This document shows, one piece after another, positions 57,917-64,000 of a stretch of DNA of 64,000 nucleotides. Made by a program: the position numbers and the translations under genes. The notes under the pieces are model-generated. The model was not told the origin of the DNA. It did no database searches and saw only the letters and a list, made by a program, of their open reading frames with translations. How positions within the stretch are numbered: the stretch's first letter is position 1; every line of letters begins with the position of its first letter. Origin of the DNA: a bacterium (GTDB lineage: Bacteria > Bacteroidota > Bacteroidia > UKL13-3); NCBI GenBank assembly GCA_034439755.1, contig JAWXAZ010000036.1:312-64311 (forward strand). Reading direction: 5' to 3'.

Positions 57917-60900
57917 CTACTTCTCCAAATACTCTTTTGCCTTTTGTTTGTAGTAGGGTTTCATTTCTATGGGAACAGATTGCAACAACTCTGTATTGCG
58001 TTGGTTATTGCGTTTAAATTTCTCTAGGTATTGCGGATTGGGTTTAGACAATTCTTTGCCTTGGTTGGCTTCTCTTTTCTGCTCCTCTTCCTGCTTTCTT
58101 TCTGCCTTCTCGTGCTCCAATAAGCGGGTTAAAATCTCCTCTTGCCTCATAAGCGTTTCTTGGGTTAGTCGCTTATTCACCAATTCCTTCTCTGTTTCTT
58201 CCATCAACTTTTGCAAATCGCCCAACTGCTTTCCTCCGCCCATTTTCTCCTTCTCTAAAGCATCCATTTGGCTCATCATTTTCTGCATCTGTTGCCTTAT
58301 TGCCATCTGCTGCGCTGCCATTCGCGCAAACTGTTCACTACCGGGTTTACTCTTTTCTCCACTCCCGCTTTTATTCATGCCATCCTTCAATTGCTTGTTC
58401 ATCTCTTCCTGCATTTTCTTGAGCTGCCCCATACTAGGCTTGCTGCCCTTGCCGGGCTTTTTAGATGGCTTGCCTTTGCCCTTGCTCTTGGCATCTTTTT
58501 TCTGCTGTTGCTGCTGCTGCATTTGTTGCAGGGCATCGCTTAACATAACACCCAAGTTATTCATGTGACTCATGGCATACTGTTGCTGCACCCTTATCTG
58601 TCCGTTATCTCGGGTCGAAAAACTGTTGCTAGCTTGGTTTAAATTGCTATTCATTTTTGTTAACTCGCGGTTCACAAACGACTTAATTTCTGGCACCCTT
58701 TTGCTTAAAGCCTGCAGGCTATCTTCCACCATTCTTGCATTGTCTTTTAAGGTCTTTTGTTCCTGAGCCAATTGCACAAATTGCGGATTATACCCATTGA
58801 TAGATTTCATTTGCTCCATCAATTTTTCTTGGTCCTTGCTCAATTGGATGAGGTTCTCCAAAATTTCACGCAAGGCCTGCTCATTCACTTCCTCCTGCTC
58901 TTCTTCTTCCTTTTCGGCCTTCTCTTGCATCTTCTCTTGCATCTTCTCCATTTCTTCCGATGCTTCCTTTTGTTCTTTGCTGCTTTTCTTATTGTTGCCG
59001 TTCTTTAACTGCTCGCCGCTTTGCTGCATTTTCTCCTCAATCTTCTTCTCCTCTTCTTTGGTATCTGCAAGGTCTTTTGGGTTCTCTAAATCTTTGTTCT
59101 GCTCTTGCAAATCTTTTAAATCTTTTTGCAAATCTTTAAACTCTTTATTCAACTCATCTTGTTTCTGCTTAAGCTCCTCATTGCTTTTATTTTTCTGCTC
59201 GGTATCCTTCGATAATTCAGCTTGTTTTTTAGCTAAGTCTTTCAAATCTTTCATGGCCTCATCCATCTTCTTCTCCACCTCCAATTGTTTATACATTTCT
59301 AGCATGCGGTCTAACTCCTTCTCTACATCCTTGTTGTTGAGGTCCATCTTTTCGAGTTCTTTCTTAATTTGATCTTTGTTTTGCTGCTTCATCAGCTCTT
59401 CCATCTGCTTCATCAGCTTTTTCATCTCATCTGTCATCAACTCCTCATACATTTTTTGCAACTCTTGTTGCTTTTCCATAATGCGTTCCTCTTCCTCTTT
59501 AAACGCTTGTTCCTTTTGGTTTTTCTGCTTAAAATCTTTTTGCAGTTCTTCCATTTTCTGAGCCAAGTCTTTTTGCCGTTTATTCAATTGCTCTAGTTTC
59601 TTTTTCTCTTCAAAAGTTAAAGGCTGTTGCGACTTCAATTTCTTTTGTATTTCATTTAAATCTTTTTTCAACTCTTTGGATTCCTTTAAGGCTTCTTCCA
59701 TTTTTTGCTGCAAGGCCTTGCTGTCTGCTTGAGTTTGTTCTTTAATTTCATTCTTGGTTGGCGCCTTTACTGCCAATGGTTTCGACTTACTCGATTTAGC
59801 ACCATGCACACCGTCATTGTCCCACAATTCAAAATAATATTCAATCTCATCGCCACTCACAAAGTTGATATCGTACAAGCTAAAGGTATGCATAATGTCT
59901 ATGCGCTTTGCCGATACAATAGGAATGGTAGTGCTTACAAATCCTTTGGACACTTTGGCTTTATCATCCGAAGCCAAAAAACGGTAATTAAAACTTAGTT
60001 TGCTAAGGCCATGGTCGTCTGAACCCATACCACCAAAATAATAAATTTTTCCGCTTACAGAATCAATTTGTGCTTCCATTTCAATGCTCGGAAAAGCATC
60101 GGGCATCACATCAATTTGAAAATAGAGAGAATCGCCTTTCTTTACCCGCTCATTGCTTAATTTAATGGCATAATTATCGCTTAAAAAAAACTTTCTGCTA
60201 TAACTATAATGCACGCCATCGGGAGAATTGGCTTTGACATTTAACAGGTTAAATTGCAAGTTAATTTCAGTGGTTTGTTTGCTGGTAAATTGCCATTTTA
60301 CTATTGTTCCCGACGGCATGGATAAATCGCCCGGGTTGGCAATTACCTCATCTTTCATCTGCAAATATGCCGGATAATCTAAGCTCACACTATACCCTAA
60401 CATTACAGGGCGCCACCATACCTGCAAAGTTTTTTCTGCGTCTTCAAAACCCAAAGCTTCTAAATAAAAAGGGGTAGTTTCTTGCACATTTCTAAAGTGA
60501 TATACAAAGTGTGTGGCATCTTCCTTTTCTAATTTATAGACCTGATTTAGCAGGTGAATAAAAACTTCATTGGGTAATTCTTTACCCAACATTTTTACTT
60601 GCAAGGTAAAATCTTGATATTGCTCTGCGCTTAAATTGTTGTTTTCTATCACAAATTCGAAGGGTGCAGGTTCTTTAAAAACTTGGTTGTATTGCAAAAC
60701 TCTTTGCGCCCCATCGCTCACCAATTGCGGCGAAAAAACGAGCAATGCCGCCAAAATTAAGAGCGGAATAAGGGCAAATTTTGCATACTTAATATTGCCT
60801 TTATAATCTATTGCCGCACTAAAAGGGACGGGCGATAATTCTTGTGTCTTTTGTTCAATTGCAGCCAATAACAAACTCTGATCTGGACTAGACACTTCGA

Positions 60901-61246
60901 GTAATTGCAGGGCATTTAGCAACTTGTCGTTTACTTCAGAAAAGTGTTTTCCAATAATATCTGCCGCATCGGTTCTGCTTAATTGCTTGCCCATGCGGGC
61001 CAATTTAGCAACCGGAATTAGGATAAATTTATAGCACAAAACGGCGCTTAGAGTTAGCCAGAAAAAAAACAAAAATGCGCGAATGGTGCTGGTGTACCTG
61101 CCAAAATACTCGAGTAAAGTTACACCCAAAAAAGCCAGCACAAAAACACCTAAAAAGATAATGCTTCCTTTGAGTAACTGATTTTTATAATACTTTTTTA
61201 CAAAAGCATCTAATTTTTGAACAAGCAAATGGTTTGAACCCATCAT
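57917..61246 (-). CDS. Large membrane-anchored protein with a very long Lys/Glu-rich coiled-coil tail (DUF4175-like)
   Basis: 1109 aa. N-terminal TM helices (IIFLGVFVLAFLGVTLL, FLFFFWLTLSAVLCY, ALIPLLILAALLVF), a beta-rich middle section, then several hundred residues of K/E/Q-rich heptad-like sequence. Confidence 0.6.
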   Translation of the reverse strand: MMGSNHLLVQKLDAFVKKYYKNQLLKGSIIFLGVFVLAFLGVTLLEYFGRYTSTIRAFLFFFWLTLSAVLCYKFILIPVAKLARMGKQLSRTDAADIIGKHFSEVNDKLLNALQLLEVSSPDQSLLLAAIEQKTQELSPVPFSAAIDYKGNIKYAKFALIPLLILAALLVFSPQLVSDGAQRVLQYNQVFKEPAPFEFVIENNNLSAEQYQDFTLQVKMLGKELPNEVFIHLLNQVYKLEKEDATHFVYHFRNVQETTPFYLEALGFEDAEKTLQVWWRPVMLGYSVSLDYPAYLQMKDEVIANPGDLSMPSGTIVKWQFTSKQTTEINLQFNLLNVKANSPDGVHYSYSRKFFLSDNYAIKLSNERVKKGDSLYFQIDVMPDAFPSIEMEAQIDSVSGKIYYFGGMGSDDHGLSKLSFNYRFLASDDKAKVSKGFVSTTIPIVSAKRIDIMHTFSLYDINFVSGDEIEYYFELWDNDGVHGAKSSKSKPLAVKAPTKNEIKEQTQADSKALQQKMEEALKESKELKKDLNEIQKKLKSQQPLTFEEKKKLEQLNKRQKDLAQKMEELQKDFKQKNQKEQAFKEEEERIMEKQQELQKMYEELMTDEMKKLMKQMEELMKQQNKDQIKKELEKMDLNNKDVEKELDRMLEMYKQLEVEKKMDEAMKDLKDLAKKQAELSKDTEQKNKSNEELKQKQDELNKEFKDLQKDLKDLQEQNKDLENPKDLADTKEEEKKIEEKMQQSGEQLKNGNNKKSSKEQKEASEEMEKMQEKMQEKAEKEEEEQEEVNEQALREILENLIQLSKDQEKLMEQMKSINGYNPQFVQLAQEQKTLKDNARMVEDSLQALSKRVPEIKSFVNRELTKMNSNLNQASNSFSTRDNGQIRVQQQYAMSHMNNLGVMLSDALQQMQQQQQQKKDAKSKGKGKPSKKPGKGSKPSMGQLKKMQEEMNKQLKDGMNKSGSGEKSKPGSEQFARMAAQQMAIRQQMQKMMSQMDALEKEKMGGGKQLGDLQKLMEETEKELVNKRLTQETLMRQEEILTRLLEHEKAERKQEEEQKREANQGKELSKPNPQYLEKFKRNNQRNTELLQSVPIEMKPYYKQKAKEYLEK

Positions 61247-61248
61247 GG

Positions 61249-61491
61249 TTAAAAGTTATCCTTCAATTTAAAATATATATCGTCTATTGGCCCATTAAAC
61301 GTACGAAATATATCAATCTTATACTCATGTTTTAATTCCATTACAAACAGAACAAAAAACAAAAAGAGCACAGAAAGGTAAAAAACTATCTTTAGCCTAT
61401 ACAACCAATGCTGCAAATTCTCCTTGTTGAACATGTTACAATTATAAGGGAAAAGGCCAAAATTTACCGCTAAAATTAAAGATAATATCAT
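61249..61491 (-). CDS. Small membrane protein, apparently translationally coupled to the downstream large gene
   Basis: 80 aa with one strong TM helix (IVFYLSVLFLFFVLFVM). Its stop (61249-61251) sits 2 nt before the next ATG (61246). Confidence 0.4.
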   Translation of the reverse strand: MILSLILAVNFGLFPYNCNMFNKENLQHWLYRLKIVFYLSVLFLFFVLFVMELKHEYKIDIFRTFNGPIDDIYFKLKDNF

Positions 61492-61534
61492 TACTTAAAT
61501 TAAATTAGCACAAAGTACAATTTGATTTAAGTTT

Positions 61535-61708
61535 GGCAAATGCCGAACAACAAGAGGTAAAAGTAACGGTTTAAACCAAAGACCTAGCGCCCGCAACTGA
61601 TACGGGCGAGTTCATTGCTGCGTCAATTATACCGATTAAACAACATAAATAGTCCAATTTCGACAAATATCGCCTTGTACTATTTATGTTGTTATCTCGG
61701 CATTTACC
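61535..61708 (-). other. Inverted-repeat-bounded structured element of about 174 bp (candidate ncRNA or MITE-like remnant)
   Basis: Terminal arms ggcaaatgccga (61535-61546) and tcggcatttacc (61697-61708). Internal hairpins cgcccg/cgggcg (61588-61608) and aaacaacataaatagt/actatttatgttgtt (61638-61693). Confidence 0.3.
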
Positions 61709-61739
61709 TCAGTAAAATTAGCCAATAGCTTTGGGTTAT

Positions 61740-62527
61740 TTAATAATTACAATTGGTATTATACGCCGTTAGCTTTATTTTTCGGAATAAAATCAATAAC
61801 TGCCCATTAGGTCTGTTTTCTGTAGTTATATATTTCAGCCTTTTTAATCCCGCATGTTGCAGAAGCGATTTCATTTGGGTAATGGCTACCTTGTTAAGTT
61901 GAATTAACCTTTCAGATTGTTTCAATCCTTGATGAATGAGCACAGAATTGATGCTTTCCATATTTGATGATATGACCAATTGCTCTATATTTGCTGTATC
62001 TCTTAAGTTTCCTTCGGCATTTGGGTTGGCAATGCGCCATTGTTTTGAGGTTACACCAAATAGCGCCATATTAAGCATATCAACTTCATCTGCATACACG
62101 AAATTTATTTTCTCTTTTGATAATGTTATTGGTATAAGTTTTTCCTTAATGGCATCGGTAAGAATGTGGTAATTAACTTTTGTTAAAGTTAGGCAAAGGT
62201 TCCACCATATCTACCTCATTTTGAAATAATTCCTTTCGCATGGGCAGTTTCAATCCATTTTTTAGGCGTCATTACAAAGCTGTTTAATCCGGCTTGTTTT
62301 CTAAACCCCTCGAATTCGATGGGTTAGAAATCTGGGTTATACATGAGCTCCCAAAAGCGTAATAATTCTATGGTATTTCTATTTCGAAACCAGTTTTGAA
62401 TAATGGTATCCATATTGGAGGAATCCTTATAACGGGCAATATCTGTTAACGAAATAAAATCTGTTTGATCTCCTTGAAAAAGATTAATCTCGGCTCCTTG
62501 TGCATAAATGGCTTTGTTCTTAGGCAT
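61740..62527 (-). pseudogene. KilA-N domain gene, decayed by in-frame stops, a frameshift and an internal deletion
   Basis: The N-terminal piece 62527..62324 (..FISLTDIARYKD..NWFRNRNTIELLRFWE..NPDF) and the C-terminal piece 62099..61740 (..YADEVDMLNMALFGVTSKQWRIANPNAEGNLRD..) match the two ends of KilA-N proteins. The stretch between them reads ..NPDF*PIEFEGFRKQAGLNSFVMTPKKWIETAHAKGIISK*GRYGGTFA*... Confidence 0.7.
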
Positions 62528-62676
62528 AACCTAGTTGTTTTAAAAAGTTTAAAATTCTTTGGTTTTAACCATGCTAATATTTGCATTTTAAACCCCTCGA
62601 ATTCGATGGGGATAAAATCATAAGTTATATAGCTATAATTCAAACTTTAAGGGCAAATCTAATCCTACTTCCTTCA

Positions 62677-64000
62677 TTAATTTCGAACAAAGCTAAAGCT
62701 ATCTCCGTTGAACAAGCCGCGGTTGCTTAATTTTAGGTGGGGAATAACCAATAAAGCCATAAAGGACAAACTCATAAATGGAGCTTGCAAAGTGGCGCCC
62801 AGTATGCCTTTGCTAAAGGCATCGACTTGCTTATACAATTCTGCTACTTCCCATGCTTCGCCATCGCTCATTAAGCCGGCAAGGGGCAAGGGCAATACCT
62901 TTTCTTGGGAGGCATTGCAGGCTACCAAAGCGCCTCTGTGTGCAATTACGGCATTGATGGCTTTACATAAATCTGCATCGCTGGTGCCTACCGCAATAAT
63001 ATTATGGCTATCGTGGGCAACGGAACCTGCAATGGCGCCTTGGGTCAGACCAAAATTCTTGATATATGCAATGGCAGGGGCTTCTGTTTGATACCGGTTA
63101 TAGACAACCAATTTTAGGCAATCGTATTCTGGTGTGCATTCGCTGGCGGGTACTTCTAACCTATGGGTTATCAATTGCCCTTCTAAGCAAACAATAACGG
63201 GCTCTGGATTGGCGGGCTTAAATGCGAGTTGCGTTACCGATAATGGCTGCGCAACAAATTGGTTCAGACAGTGAATGGGAACGCCTTTAAACAGGCAAAC
63301 GCCCTTCTCTGCAAGCAATTCCCCGGCCACATAGGTTTGCAATACTTTTACTTCTTGCCAATTGTTTACCACAATAAAATCTGCTGTATCGCCCACACGA
63401 AGGATTCCTTGCCGCATGCCATAATGCTGCCACGGGTTGATACAGGCCACTTGCAAGACCTTAAACAAATTATTGCCCAAGGCCAGGGCGCGCGCCACCA
63501 ATTGGTTTATGTGACCCAACAACAAAGAATCTGGGTGCTTGTCGTCTGAGCAAAACATGAGCTGCTCATAATGCGTATCTAAAAGCGGAATGAGGGTATC
63601 AAAATTTCTGGCTGCGCTACCTTCCCTAATTAAAATTTTCATGCCCAAGGCCAATTTCTCTTGGGCCTCTTGCAAGGTAAAACATTCGTGGTCGGTGCTA
63701 ATGCCAGCATCCACATATTTCTTTAGCTGTACCCCTGTTAAACCCGGCGCATGTCCGTCTACCGGCTTGTTTATTCGATGGGCTGCTTTAATTTTTTTAT
63801 GCACCTCTTCATCATCGAAAATAACCCCTGGAAAATTCATCATTTCTGTGAGGTAATAAATATCTTCACTTTGCAAAAGGGCATCTACTTGCTGGGCATC
63901 AAGGCTTGCACCTGCTGTTTCAAAGTGGGTAGCTGGCACACAAGAAGGCGCGCCAAAGTGAAAATAAAACGGCGCTTGTTTGCCATTTTCTATCATATAA
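62677..64000 (-). CDS. ade: Adenine deaminase; the N-terminus lies beyond the window
   Basis: ..VDGHAPGLTG..L..Y..AGISTDHECFTLQEAQEKLALGMKILIREGSAARNF.. and ..GSVAHDSHNIIAVG.. are adenine deaminase signatures. The frame stays open past the listed ATG at 63996 to the window edge. Confidence 0.85.
   Translation of the reverse strand, partial: YMIENGKQAPFYFHFGAPSCVPATHFETAGASLDAQQVDALLQSEDIYYLTEMMNFPGVIFDDEEVHKKIKAAHRINKPVDGHAPGLTGVQLKKYVDAGISTDHECFTLQEAQEKLALGMKILIREGSAARNFDTLIPLLDTHYEQLMFCSDDKHPDSLLLGHINQLVARALALGNNLFKVLQVACINPWQHYGMRQGILRVGDTADFIVVNNWQEVKVLQTYVAGELLAEKGVCLFKGVPIHCLNQFVAQPLSVTQLAFKPANPEPVIVCLEGQLITHRLEVPASECTPEYDCLKLVVYNRYQTEAPAIAYIKNFGLTQGAIAGSVAHDSHNIIAVGTSDADLCKAINAVIAHRGALVACNASQEKVLPLPLAGLMSDGEAWEVAELYKQVDAFSKGILGATLQAPFMSLSFMALLVIPHLKLSNRGLFNGDSFSFVRN

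Noticed and set aside
57969-59998. Several long plus-strand ORFs (57969..58568, 58268..58543, 58797..59372, 59369..59596 and others).
   Set aside because: They are antisense shadows of the Lys/Glu-rich coiled-coil region. Their products are Leu/Phe/Ser/Cys-rich repeats, produced by AAG/GAA-rich codons read backwards.

Overview
This window looks like a chromosomal segment of a Bacteroidota-type genome. The evidence is T9SS type A and type B C-terminal sorting domains, a PorP/SprF gene, many lipobox proteins, and a pyk / acpP-fabF-rnc block. I count about 50 protein genes. By eye I saw no rRNA, tRNA or CRISPR array.

Housekeeping genes: tex, lptB, a purF-type amidotransferase, anmK, a Glu/Leu/Phe/Val dehydrogenase, pyk, acpP, fabF, rnc, msrBA, truA, an EF-G2-type paralog and adenine deaminase.

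Accessory material interleaved with them:
- Two modular surface proteins of about 1,950 aa. One sits in a type-B-CTD / PorP-SprF / OmpA-like cassette.
- A small stress and detoxification gene cluster.
- Two decayed genes, a GNAT acetyltransferase and a KilA-N gene.
- Three intergenic tandem-repeat arrays.
- A short palindromic motif (TTTGGTTCNNACCGAAA-like) that recurs in intergenic DNA.

The most notable observation is a gap in the supplied ORF track. The minus strand is one uninterrupted reading frame from the ATG at 4524 down to position 1, more than 1,508 codons, and its 3' end lies beyond the window. It encodes a single polypeptide with a DnaQ-like exonuclease module, a complete RecQ helicase core and a complete UvrD/PcrA-type helicase. 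It also sits in DNA that is visibly more AT-rich than the core genes. I flag it as the best candidate for an uncharacterised nucleic-acid-processing or defence-type system. Its downstream partner genes, if any, are off-window.

All calls rest on my own reading of motifs. No database search was run.
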